64,000 nucleotides of DNA from Blastocystis sp. Blastoise. Lineage: Eukaryota > Protista > Bigyra: Opalinata. Each line of letters begins with the position of its first letter. Position 1 is the stretch's first letter. Positions 15,621 through 27,076 of the stretch are shown here, piece by piece. The stretch lies in contig JBBPEB010000006.1 of NCBI GenBank assembly GCA_039096225.1, positions 1,316,665 through 1,380,664 on the forward strand, read 5' to 3'. Position numbers and translations under genes: made by a program. The notes below the pieces were generated by a model. The model saw only the letters and a list, made by a program, of their open reading frames with translations. It did not search any database and had not been told where the DNA came from.

Positions 15621-15774
15621 TCCATATTTAAACTATTTCTATCTACTATACTAATTAATATAGTATTTATTTTTATTAATAAAAAGATTTTATCCTTTTT
15701 ATTTCTTATTTATACTTATTATTTTATATGTTTCTTGTTTATATATTTAATTTATATATTAAAATAATTTTTTC

Positions 15775-15818
<44 letters not shown>

Positions 15819-15951
15819 GCAACAGTAATATGTATTCTATTTGATAAATATATATGAAAGAGATAAGTATATATTTATATATCTATATTATTGATTCATC
15901 TTTTTTAGATATATATATTAAATATTGTATTTTATTATTATTTATTATTAC

Positions 15952-16019
15952 TCTTATGCTCTATAAGGTGAGAGGCTATCATAATTCGATAACAATCAGG
16001 TTCAACTCCTGACATAAGT
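15952..16019 (+). ncRNA. tRNA-like cloverleaf, copy 2 (degenerate middle arm)
   Basis: CTTATG/CATAAG acceptor-like stem and TCAGG-TTCAACT-CCTGA T arm. Confidence 0.5.
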
Positions 16020-18530
16020 CATTCTATATATATATATATATATATTTTTTTATTTAATAAACGTTTTAATTATATGTTCTTTTTACACTTATTAATGTAT
16101 TTATTAAATTATTTATAGCTCTTCATCCTTCAAAACTTCATAGTTTCTGAAATGAGTTGTAATCTGTTTTATTCTCAAAAGTGTAGCTTATTCAAAATAT
16201 GTTTGAATTGAGTTAAATACAGTTTTAAAACTTAGATTCATTTTTTATTTTCAAAATATACTCAAATACAGAGTATATTCAGCAATCATTAATACTTTAA
16301 CGACTGTAGTTTATTATTTTTAACTGAATTCTGGTCAGTATACTCAATACAAACAACTAAGTACAATACATACGTATTCATGATTTTTAAACAACATTTT
16401 CCATTTCGACATTTACTTGATCCATTATAAAACTATTTGTCCTTTTGATATAGTAAAGAAAAACGAATACCATATACCAAACAAAACGTTTTAACTTGAA
16501 TCTCGTCATCTATTAAATATTTTTCTTAATCAATTCACAGTTCATACTCTTAAAACAGTTATTTAAGATTAATATTTATGTATTTGTCCTTATACAATAT
16601 TTTCATGACACTGTAATAATATATATGAAAATTAAAAGAGTCAAGAAATCTGTTAATTATCAAAAAATAAGTTCTATTTACTAAAATCATATTTATAAGA
16701 TTTATAAACTTATACCATATAAAAACATAGCTCTTATATAAAGTATTGGCTGAATTAGTTTATTTGTAAGTAAATTAAAAGTATGTTATATAACGTAATT
16801 TTAGGTTACTCTTTTTAATCAGATTTATTTCATAGCTATTTATGGTTTATTTGTCTGTTAATCTTATTTTTTAAAACAATTACAGACAATTATATTATGA
16901 TCCTTGTCTATTAAGTTATTTTATTGAATTAATAGTATAAATAAAAGTTATATAACAAAATAAATGTATATATTGATTAAAATAAGGAATGAATATAAAT
17001 AAATAAAAATAGATAAAATTGCCAAAAAGCAAATTCTTAGAATTATATAGTACAATAGACGAACTTCTAATAGAAACTTAAAAATCGATTGATTGGATCA
17101 AATAGTCAAATCCTAACGTCATAATATGAATTATTCTTTTCATTTTTTATTAATTTAAATTCTTGAAATACATCTAATAAACACGGTTATTATATAAATT
17201 AATACGATTGGACAACGAAATCAAAATGTTAACAGAAATTTTTGGGTATTTCTAACAAATCATACAAAAAATTGGGTATGTATACAAATCAATAGGGAAA
17301 TCTGGGTATTTCTAACATTTTTCCTTTATATTATATATATATTTTTATTTATAAAGTTTATATAGGTGGTTATGAATGTATATAATATGAAATATAAATT
17401 ATTTAAGCAATATTTTTCGTTGAAACGATTCAAAATAGAAAAGAAAATTATTTAAAAATTACAAAATTTTTCTACTTTGTTTTCAACTAGAGGCTCTTTG
17501 ATGAATTATAATTGTATATATTATTTATTTTATTATATATTATTATTATATAGGTTGTGTGTGTGTTTAATATGTATTTTGTGTATAATTAAAGTAAAAA
17601 TATCATAATAAAAAAAGAAGAAATAATTGAATATGTTTTTCATATATTATTTTAAAAAATTAATTTTTTAATATGTTTAAATGATAATTATAGCATAATA
17701 TAAATACAATTAATGTAAATTAACATATAGATACTATTTAAATAAATAAAAGTTTAGTTTAAAGACATTTTGTAAAAAACTATGAATTCACTCATGTTGA
17801 CTTGAATAAACAAAAATGACTTTTATGAAGTTATTATAGACTAATAAACATATAGGTGTAATAATAACTTGTTTTCTAAACAAAATAGTTTAATAATGTT
17901 AAGAATGGTGTGTATAAAAGAATATTTGAAAAATAATTGTGACAGAGTATTAATAATAGAGTACTAAAGTCATTAAAAAGTTGAGTCATAAACAGTTTGA
18001 AGATAGTTAAAAAAGAGACTTTGACATGATTTGTTTAGAATATTTTATAAAAACATGTTAAATGAATTTATAAAGTGATTATTAATAAGAATTAAACATA
18101 ATAATAACTTTAAGAAAATAATTAATAAGAATGAAAATATAATGTTTTAGTTAAGTATAAAATAAAAAATATATATGATGACTAGAGATGATAATGAGTA
18201 TAAAAATGAATAAATAATGAATATTAAGAGTATGAAAATAATAAATAAATAAAAAGAAGAAGTTTGAAATGAGAGATAAAGTTCTTATTATAATTTTTCT
18301 TTTTATTCTCATTTTATTATTTTTAAATAACATATATTATTCTTTTGAATTAAAATTGATACTATTCATTGAATAATAGTCTATAGTATACACTAGTATG
18401 AACAAAAGTTGAAAAATAGAGTAAAATATTTTTTAAGAATGGATGAATTATGTATCAAAATAGTTATTTAGAATGCTTACAGTAGTTAATAATGCTATAA
18501 TAAATATTTATAATTGAAAAAAGATAATAG

Positions 18531-19426
18531 ATTCTTCCGTTCTTCGAACTGCAGAAGGGGGTATGCAAACCCCGCATAGAGTCTGCGCGACGCGCGCAGC
18601 CATAAGCGGGGAAGTCATCCCCCCTTTTTGTTCTCGACGGAAGAATTAATAACATTTCTGAAGTAAAATAACCATGGGAGTGTAGGGTAGTGTGTGTGTG
18701 TATTTATTTTTTCCCATGTTTATTTATTTTTAATTTATTTGTGTTCCGATTCCAACGTGAAACGTAAAGTGATCAAGGAGAAACTCATAGTAATCATAAA
18801 AGAAATAAAATACACAGTCCAACCCTCCCCTTTACAGGGAATATTCATGGAAAATGACTCCATCGTTGGTAAAGTGAGTAAAATAATCACGGGAACACAG
18901 AAAGAAATACGAAAAGAAGCACAGAATGTGCTAAATAAACACACACCCCGACCCTCCCTTTATATAGAGAAAAGATGAAATGGATGGTTCTATCTAAAAA
19001 GAAATAATAAAAATAATCACGGGAATATATAAAAATAAAAATGTATGTATAGTGATCAATAAATAATATAAAAAGTAATGATAATCATAAAAAAATTTAT
19101 ATAAAAAGAGTAAAGTGATCAAGGTATGTATTTATAGTGGGTGAAAGAAAAGCTGGTGGTGGTGTGGTCTTGTAAAAAGATGTACCCACCACCACGATTA
19201 TAACGAGAGACTTTTGGAAACAAGGGTGACCGTTATGGAAATAGGATGCGTCATCGTGAATTGTCCAATCAAATTGCTTAAAAATGTAAAAATGAGGGAT
19301 TTTGGAACACAAAAACACAATTATTATGGGGAAACTGGGGAAACTAATTATGTTCCAGTGGTTTTAGGTGGCGGGATGTATATCAATTTTCTAGAATATT
19401 CTAGAACATTCTCGAAACTTCTAGAA
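18531..19426 (+). repeat. Left terminal inverted repeat (896 bp)
   Basis: Reverse complement of 45539-46435. I noticed only about 3 substitutions and one 1-bp indel. ORFs 18694..18978 and 45988..46272 mirror each other. Confidence 0.97.
19389..19426. promoter_or_regulatory. Heat-shock-element-like array (8 alternating nGAAn/nTTCn units)
   Basis: TTCtaGAAtaTTCtaGAAcaTTCtcGAAacTTCtaGAA. Confidence 0.6.
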
Positions 19427-19473
19427 TAATAAATTGTATTATGCATTTTTTTTCTATTTTTATACTATTTATT

Positions 19474-19641
19474 ATGGATTCTCCAAAGCAATTTGCTCCA
19501 GATTATAAAGAAGGTAATTGGAAACCTTATGGAAATTTTGAAGTTGATGAATTAAGTGATAGTGATTCTGAAATGGATACTATTCAAACTGAAAGTGAGG
19601 ATGATTACGAAGATTATATCAAGAATTTTATTGATTTTTAA
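19474..19641 (+). CDS. Small acidic viral protein (55 aa, MDSPKQF...)
   Basis: ATG just downstream of the HSE array, virus-like codon usage, D/E-rich, followed by the 3' motif variant TTGTTTAGTT. Confidence 0.55.
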   Translation: MDSPKQFAPDYKEGNWKPYGNFEVDELSDSDSEMDTIQTESEDDYEDYIKNFIDF

Positions 19642-19715
19642 ATTAATTTTTATAAATAACAAAACAAATTGTTTAGTTTTTTAAAATAATAATAAATAAA
19701 ATAAATTAAAATTAA

Positions 19716-21206
19716 CTAATGTTTTCTACGTTTATTTCTTAATTTTTTATTTTTTGAAATACGTCTTTTTCTACGTAATCCATTACCTTCTTCGAGATCA
19801 TAAAATACCTCACCATCATCTTCATCAAATGATTGAAATTCATCATCTTCTTTTTTATTTCGTTTATTATTATTTTCAAGAGTTACATTTTCTACTGGAT
19901 TAGGAATCGGGGCTACAGGTGTATTATTTGGAGTGAATTTATTCGTTATTGCTTGAGACATTGGAACAATATCAGGTAAAGGAGCAGTAGGATCATTCAT
20001 AAGAGGAATTAAATTTGGAGGATTTGAATCTTCTATATTAATATTATGAATATTTTCTAGAGTTAGAGTATCAGGGGTAGATGAAGGAGTTGATATAACA
20101 TTATTATTTGTTTCTATTGGATTTTCTGTTTGTGGTATTTCTTCTTCTGGATTTTTACCATACCACCAATCAGAAAAACTATTAAATACGTTCTTTGTAC
20201 CACTAACAATAGAGTTTGCAACTTTTTTAACACCATTAACAATTGGTGTTCCTACATTTGTTGCAGTATTAACAACTTTATTAACAAATGTAGGGTTTTC
20301 TGCATAGGGAATATAATTTTTATGAAATGTTTTTGCTTGATCTTCTAAAGATTTAGTTTTGTTAAGTCTTTGTTCTTTAGTATCATTACCTGACATATGA
20401 GCAAATCTAAAATAGTTATCAGCTAATAATTTATTCTTTTTCTTAGCTTCATTATCATCAGTTAATTTCCAATTATCATATAAATTATTTCTATCACTTA
20501 CAAGTTTTCCTTTAATATCATTGAATCCTTCTTTTGGATCAACATTAATATCTCTCCACCAATTCTTGAGATCTTTGAATTTATTTGCACCATAATCAAC
20601 AGCATTACTTATTCCATGAGTGATATTATTAATACCTCCAGTTAATTTATCAGACACATTGTATACATCACTTACAGTGTGATAAATATTAGAAAATAAA
20701 TTACCACCTCTAGAATATAAATAACCATCACGATCTCTTTTAGTAAAATCAATTGCACTATCAATTGTACGAGGATTTAATAATCTTGAATATTTAGCAT
20801 AATCAGACATATGATTTTGTTTCATATAAGGTAAGACATAATCATGAGCATAAATGAGTTTTCTTGTAAAGTTCTTCGGAATTCTACCATCAGGTAATAA
20901 CCCAGATCCTTCATCTATTGGTTCACTTTCTTCTGATTCTTCTAAGGAACTTTGTATAATATCTTGTCTGGTTTCTGATAAATAGGAGAAAAATGGATTG
21001 GATGTTGCTCTATTGACCATATTACTTTCAATTTTCTTAACAGCATATAATGAATTTGGAGCAATAGAATAATTAATTGGATAACGTTCTTCTCCATCAG
21101 GAATAGATCCTGGAACAATATAATTTCGATATTCATGACCAGTAGCACGATGATTTACGCCTACTAATCCTTTATTTGAAACATTTAAACGAGCACTTTG
21201 TATCAT
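19716..21206 (-). CDS. Viral hypothetical protein, 496 aa; putative core/structural protein with GxG sites and a basic C-terminal tail
   Basis: Long intact ORF with EGSGL, SRGGN and EGNGL followed by RRKRRISKNKKLRNKRRKH; 3' motif at 19658-19667. Confidence 0.8.
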   Translation of the reverse strand: MIQSARLNVSNKGLVGVNHRATGHEYRNYIVPGSIPDGEERYPINYSIAPNSLYAVKKIESNMVNRATSNPFFSYLSETRQDIIQSSLEESEESEPIDEGSGLLPDGRIPKNFTRKLIYAHDYVLPYMKQNHMSDYAKYSRLLNPRTIDSAIDFTKRDRDGYLYSRGGNLFSNIYHTVSDVYNVSDKLTGGINNITHGISNAVDYGANKFKDLKNWWRDINVDPKEGFNDIKGKLVSDRNNLYDNWKLTDDNEAKKKNKLLADNYFRFAHMSGNDTKEQRLNKTKSLEDQAKTFHKNYIPYAENPTFVNKVVNTATNVGTPIVNGVKKVANSIVSGTKNVFNSFSDWWYGKNPEEEIPQTENPIETNNNVISTPSSTPDTLTLENIHNINIEDSNPPNLIPLMNDPTAPLPDIVPMSQAITNKFTPNNTPVAPIPNPVENVTLENNNKRNKKEDDEFQSFDEDDGEVFYDLEEGNGLRRKRRISKNKKLRNKRRKH

Positions 21207-21435
21207 TTTAAATTAATAAAACTAGGGTCACGCCGCAGGTCCAGTGCCTAACGGCCCCGGACCGCGGCTGCATGAAAATATGTGTGTTTAGTTTTTTAGT
21301 ATCCTTCATTATTTTTATATATTGTTTATTGTTTATTGTTTATTATTTATTGTTAATTATTTATTTATTATTAATTATTTATTATTTATTTATTATTATT
21401 TATTATTATTTATTATTAATCATTTATTATTTATT

Positions 21436-21503
21436 TCTTATACTCTACATGGAGAGTTATAATCAATAAATGATTGTAATCAGGTTCAATTCCTGATATA
21501 AGA
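21436..21503 (+). ncRNA. tRNA-like cloverleaf, copy 3 (inside the Helitron)
   Basis: Stems are TCTTATA/TATAAGA, CTCT-acatgg-AGAG, TTATAATCA/TGATTGTAA and TCAGG-TTCAATT-CCTGA. Confidence 0.6.
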
Positions 21504-21929
21504 ATCTATTATACTTTTTCAATAATATATAAAAATAAAGAAGAAATTATTTTAAATAAAGAACAACGTTTTGAGTTATATTCATTATAAAAAATTATTT
21601 TCTAAATCAATTTTGACATTATTAATAATTATACAACTGTTTAAAGCTTTTTTTGAGTTTTAAAGTCAATAATTTTAGAAATGAGTAACAATGTGAAGAA
21701 CTTTGAAGTATTTTTAATTCATAAAATTCATTTAAATAAGCATAATAAAATAATTTAAACTCATTTTAATAATTTTTAAAAGAATTTTGAAGTTTTAATC
21801 ATAACAAAGTCAACATTCATTTTCACTTTGACAACTAAAACATTATTTAAAAAGTTAATATTTTTATATTCGTCTCAAATAATGATTTTAATTATAAATA
21901 ACTCAAAATAGTAACTTTTAAAGAGACTT

Positions 21930-23310
21930 TACACATTCAAGATCCACTGTATCAAAATAATTTCTTTCAGTCTTTTGATATAGTATAGAGTTTATCATAC
22001 TATTTATTAAATAAAAGTAAATGTTTTGAATCTCTGTCTTAAAGACCCTTTTTGACACATTATGAAAAGTTGACACACTTAAACTCATTTTTAAATGCTA
22101 ATATTTACACACTTTACTTAATAATACCATAGCTACACATTGGTCATCACTTTAAAACATTTTATAAACCTTTTGCATTTGCTCATTTACTTCGACCAAA
22201 ATATTTTCGTCCCTTCTTTTGACATAATATAGAGTGTGTGGTCTAGTTATATGAAAGTGAGGGGGAATTTTGAATCTCGTCCTCTAAGTCAATCATTTTC
22301 ACATTTTTTAAAATTAAGACCCTTAGAGTTGATTTTTTACGTTAATTTTTCTACAGTGTTCCAAAAACACGATTTTGGATAAACTGAAGTAAAAATGTTT
22401 TTTCAATAACTCTCACAACCCTTTACACATCCACTCTCTAAAAATAGTTTTTGCTATATTTTTGATATGTTGTAGAGTGTCTCTTAGTGTATACTGAACA
22501 ATATCTCGTTTCTTAAAACTCTCATTTTATGACTCTCTTTGAACATATTTTTACTAATTGAAAGACTTAAACACATTTTTAAAAGCTAATATTTACATAG
22601 TAGACTTTATATGACTCTATAAGCACATTAGTCAACACTTTAGACTTTTTAAAGACACTTTACCATTTGCTCATACACTTTGATCAAAATATTTTCGTCC
22701 CTTCTTTTAACATAATATAGATCATACAGTCTAGTTTAATGAATAAACACTCTTATTTTGAATCTCGTCCTCTAAGTCACTCATTTTTACATTTTTTTAA
22801 ATTTAAGGCCCTTAGAGTTGATTTTTTGACTCAATTGTTCTACAGTGCACGAAATTCACGATTTTAAATAAACTGAAGTAAAAATAAATTTTAAATAATA
22901 GTCACAACACCTCACACATCCACTCTCTAAAAATTATTTTCTTTGAACTTTTGATATGTTGTAGAGCTACTACAGCTGTACACTAATTAATATCTCTAAA
23001 TTTTTTATTCATAGTCTAAGACTATGTTTTACACATTCTTTTGAATTTGACAACCTTAAACTATTTATTTAAAGCTCTTATTCATAAAATAGACTTAATA
23101 CATGATTCTATACACATATGCAAACCCTTTTACTTTTTAAGACACATTTTGTCATTTGGTCATACACTTTGACCATCATAATTTTGACTCTCCTTTTAAC
23201 ATAGAATAGAGTTGTAAGTCTAGTTTATTAAATAAAAGTCATTATATTGAATCTTATCCTCTAAGACCACTTAATTCACATTTTTCAAAATTGTCACTTT
23301 TAAACTCGTT
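21930..23310. repeat. Degenerate tandem repeat with ~244-bp monomer and ~488-bp dimer
   Basis: ATCCACT..TTTTGATAT..TAGAG recurs at ~21942, 22429 and 22918; TTGAyCA..TTTTCGTCCCTTCTTTT-like segments recur at ~22191, 22680 and 23168. Confidence 0.7.
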
Positions 23311-24004
23311 ATTTTAAGACTTTGTTTTAACTATAGTAGTTTGAGGACCTATCAATTACAATACTGTAATATTAGTCGATTATAAGAAGATCGAAGAAAA
23401 TATCGATCACTCAAAAATCGTCCTCAGGAGCTGAAAATCGCTACACCTAGGTTTTTGGACCTCCTGAATCAGAATATGATGTCAAAATAAGAATCTAAAT
23501 TTGACCGTTAAGGCCTCACGTGTTCAATATGAAAAAGTATTAAAAAATAGATAAATATAAAGAATAAACACGGATAACGTATATTGTGGGATTGAGAAAA
23601 AATCAAGTTTACCCCATGTTTATTTTCCAATTGTCTGGTCAACAATTTTTATCGGGGTCACCCCAAAGAGCCAATCAAAAACGACTCAAAAATCATGTTT
23701 TCTGTTCTTTTATTAATATCTTTTTAATTATAAATAACATCGCTTAACCAAATATACGGTGCACAACTACACGTTATATCCTATTGAACTGTGTTTCAAC
23801 CAAAAGTTAACTTCCCGTAAGTTTAGAGGAGTTGTGGGTACAAACTTGAGTATATAGTAGCCAATCAAATGAATTTTCCAAAAACTGACCAATGGGAATT
23901 TTTTTGCCTATTCTCATATATATAGTAATGATAATTATGAATTTTAAAACAAAACAAAAAAAAGAAATTATTTATATTATATAGTTAGTATATTAATAGT
24001 ATCA

Positions 24005-24802
24005 TTAATTATTATGAGTATTTTTTAAATAATCGTCAATATTCATTGATTTATCATTAGCTTCAACAAATAATGTTTTATTTTTGTAGAATATATTATT
24101 ATTTCCAAAAACATCACTATTGGTGCATTCAATAGGTCCATCAGTATACCATTTGAATTTATACTTTCCATAAGTGGCGTTATAATATGTTTTTTCGTCG
24201 GTATCTTGTTGTAAATTCATATCGAATTCAAATTTCTTTGGAGTATTATCATCTTCTTTATCTGGTTTCTTTTCAGTTTCAGGTTTAGTTTCAGGTTCTT
24301 TAGCTGGTTTCTTTTCGTGTTCAGGTTTCTTTTCAGGTTCTGGTTTGGGTTGTTCTTCAGTGAAATTAGAATTCATGGATTCTGGTTGTGGTTTCACTGT
24401 ATAGTCTTCATTAGGATTTCTTACAGTATGAATAAGTTTTTCATATTGATAGTTATTAGGATTACTAGCATCATACCATATCTTACTTGTAGTAGGAATA
24501 CCATAATTCGTTTGCCATTGAGATAACATGGATGTATATCTATTGGTATCACCATTAGCTTTAGCTGAATTCATAGTAGCTATAAACATATCTTCAGGTG
24601 ATTGACCATGATTTCTTAATGCTTGAACTGCCATTGAGCTATACATAGATCCTTGGGCATTAGGATCATGTGCTAATGGTTGTACAGGTTGTTCATCTTG
24701 ACAAATATATGAATTGGGTAACCATGGATCCCAAGATTGTTTTTTCTGATTTCTTGATAAAATATCATAGAGAGTTACACTATCTCCTAAATTACTTTGC
24801 AT
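24005..24802 (-). CDS. Viral hypothetical protein, 265 aa, with a KPE-rich linker
   Basis: Intact ORF containing KPEPEKKPEHEKKPAKEPETKPETEKKP; 3' motif at ~23947-23957. Confidence 0.8.
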   Translation of the reverse strand: MQSNLGDSVTLYDILSRNQKKQSWDPWLPNSYICQDEQPVQPLAHDPNAQGSMYSSMAVQALRNHGQSPEDMFIATMNSAKANGDTNRYTSMLSQWQTNYGIPTTSKIWYDASNPNNYQYEKLIHTVRNPNEDYTVKPQPESMNSNFTEEQPKPEPEKKPEHEKKPAKEPETKPETEKKPDKEDDNTPKKFEFDMNLQQDTDEKTYYNATYGKYKFKWYTDGPIECTNSDVFGNNNIFYKNKTLFVEANDKSMNIDDYLKNTHNN

Positions 24803-24878
24803 TATTTATTGTATTAATTTAAAAATAATTATATAACAAAACAAATAATTAATTATGAAATAATAAAAGTTAAAATAA

Positions 24879-25916
24879 TTAATTTAAATGAAATTTTTTT
24901 AAGAAGAATTGAACAAGATTAATAATTAAATTAGTAGTAGTATCAAAGGATGTAGAGTTGACAAGAGCACCACCACAACGTTCAGCATTCTCTTTTGTAA
25001 CACCACTTCCACTAGGATTTTTAAAATAGTTATCAGCAGTTTCTTTACGTTTCTTATCATCATCAGTAGTAATCATATTATAAGCGAAATCAATAGGGAT
25101 ACCAAGAGAAGGATAATAGTATTTTAATGCATTCACTACAATAGGAACAATCGTTTTAATAGTTTTAATAGCAGTATTCGCAATAATAGAATGCTTTTGT
25201 TTTGGATCCATAGGATATTCTTTATCGATAACGACATTAACAATATCACGTACAGACACATGCTCATCATTTTTAGGTAATCGTTCTTTAATATCTTGTA
25301 ATTTCTTCTTATTAGACTTTACATTACTAGAACGAATAGCCTTCTTAGCAATAATTTTTATTTGAGGAGTTACAAATTTACTTGTTTTCTTTTCTTTTTC
25401 TCGGTGACTCCCATGTTCTTTACGATGTTTCTGATGCCTTCTATGTATACCTTGACCAAATATATCATCATAATTTTCATCTTCAAGATTTGCATTATTA
25501 TAATCTTTATCATCATCAGCCATCATTTTTCTTGTTATTCTCTTTGGTTGATAAGTATCATCATCGTTATATAATTCATCATCTCTATTAGCATCTTCAA
25601 TATGTTCTTCAAATTGTCTTTTCTTTTCTTCTTTTGCTTTTTCTTGACGTTTTTGTTCTTTACGTTTCTGATAATAATTATATCCAGCAAATGCTCCTAA
25701 TGTACCTAAAATAGGTAATGCAGTATAGACACCATTTTTAAAATCAGCCCAATCAGCATCTTTAGCTTGTTGTCTAACAATTTCTTCAAAACCAGTTCCT
25801 CCATATCTTACATAACGTTTATGATAAAGATCACGTCTATTTGATTTTGGTGGTGATCCTCCAAATAATCGTGGATCACAATTTTGTTTTAAATATCTTT
25901 TTGTAATTGAACTCAT
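24879..25916 (-). CDS. Viral hypothetical protein, 345 aa; putative single-pass membrane/core protein with GG/GxG sites
   Basis: Hydrophobic GVYTALPILGTLGAFAGY followed by a basic coiled coil; also LFGGS, RYGGT, FGQGI, SGSGV and RCGGA. Confidence 0.8.
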   Translation of the reverse strand: MSSITKRYLKQNCDPRLFGGSPPKSNRRDLYHKRYVRYGGTGFEEIVRQQAKDADWADFKNGVYTALPILGTLGAFAGYNYYQKRKEQKRQEKAKEEKKRQFEEHIEDANRDDELYNDDDTYQPKRITRKMMADDDKDYNNANLEDENYDDIFGQGIHRRHQKHRKEHGSHREKEKKTSKFVTPQIKIIAKKAIRSSNVKSNKKKLQDIKERLPKNDEHVSVRDIVNVVIDKEYPMDPKQKHSIIANTAIKTIKTIVPIVVNALKYYYPSLGIPIDFAYNMITTDDDKKRKETADNYFKNPSGSGVTKENAERCGGALVNSTSFDTTTNLIINLVQFFLKKFHLN

Positions 25917-25969
25917 AACAAAACAATAAAATAATTATGGTTTATTTAACAAATTAAAATATAAAAAAA

Positions 25970-27007
25970 TTAATGAAAAGAAGGATAACCAGAATAATGT
26001 TTTTTATTTAAATAAGGATTAAAAATGCGTCGTTGACTATCTTGTATGATTTGATCTTGTATGATTTGTAAGATGGATTCTTTAGGTTTATCTTTTTCAT
26101 CTCGTTCAATACCTTTCAATGAGACTTCTTCTTCAACAGGTAAAAACTTCTTCATTTTCTTTTCATATGTAGATATATGTTCATTAGGACGTTTAATACC
26201 ACTACCTGATACTTCACCTTGTTCTTCTCGTTTCTCTTTTTCACTATCTTCTTCTGTCCATTTCCTTTTCTTTACCATCTTATATACATTCTGTTTACTA
26301 CCACAATCAGGATTAGTCCATATTGTTAAATCATCACTACCTTGTTTTAACATAAAGAATTGATGTGGATCATTCATTAATTCTTCATCTGTAAGAATTT
26401 CATTTAGATTTGATGGCATAATCTTTAATTTATCTGGTAAGAATCCAGGATCACGTTTTAAGATTTGACTATTAATAAAGAAATGAGATACTTGACTTAA
26501 TATAGATTGATTCGTGACATCTGTATGACTTTGAAGACATATAATAGCATTCTGTTTATAATGACGACCTTTAGATAATATAGATACAATCAATTGTTTG
26601 GTTTGTCTAGATAATGGATAGATATCATCCAATACAATAAAATTATGTTCTGGTAATTTATATGTATTGACTAATTCATCAACAGTTTTAATCTTTTTAA
26701 ATTTATCATCTACAGAATCATACCATTTATAATCAATTCCAGCATGTTCACAAATATCTTGAAAGGATGTATAACATTCATTCTTATTGGATGCATCAGG
26801 ACAAATTACTGTGACTTGTTTATATTTATTTTTAAGATCCATAGAACATAAGAGGTTCACAGTTAAGAAAGATTTTCCTGAGAATGTTCTTGCAATAATC
26901 AATATGAATTTTGATTCATATGTTTTATGATGGGATTTTCCATATTTAAATTCTAAGACTCCACATCCTTTATGTGTTTCTTTTAATGGATTTATTTTAT
27001 TCACCAT
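25970..27007 (-). CDS. A32-like (FtsK/HerA) genome packaging ATPase
   Basis: Walker A variant ILIIARTFSGKS, Walker B FIVLDD, A32 motif SKGRHY, and sensor ICLQS. Confidence 0.92.
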   Translation of the reverse strand: MVNKINPLKETHKGCGVLEFKYGKSHHKTYESKFILIIARTFSGKSFLTVNLLCSMDLKNKYKQVTVICPDASNKNECYTSFQDICEHAGIDYKWYDSVDDKFKKIKTVDELVNTYKLPEHNFIVLDDIYPLSRQTKQLIVSILSKGRHYKQNAIICLQSHTDVTNQSILSQVSHFFINSQILKRDPGFLPDKLKIMPSNLNEILTDEELMNDPHQFFMLKQGSDDLTIWTNPDCGSKQNVYKMVKKRKWTEEDSEKEKREEQGEVSGSGIKRPNEHISTYEKKMKKFLPVEEEVSLKGIERDEKDKPKESILQIIQDQIIQDSQRRIFNPYLNKKHYSGYPSFH

Positions 27008-27076
27008 TTTATATGATTTTAATCAACAAAACAAAAAATTAATTAATGATAAGTTAATGATAAATATATGATTTTA

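Larger units (their letters stand above)
21222..23931 (-). mobile_element. Non-autonomous Helitron nested in the virus
   Basis: The minus strand starts TCATTACTATATATA and ends with a GC-rich hairpin (21231-21268) plus GTGACC-CTAG. It sits between A (21221) and T (23932) with no TSD, has no credible ORF, and its internal sequence resembles host flank repeats. Confidence 0.78.

Noticed and set aside
18464-19429. Short ORFs inside the TIRs (and their mirrors at 45524-46272)
   Set aside because: Mostly non-ATG starts, overlapping on both strands, no 3' motif; they are duplicated only because of the TIR.
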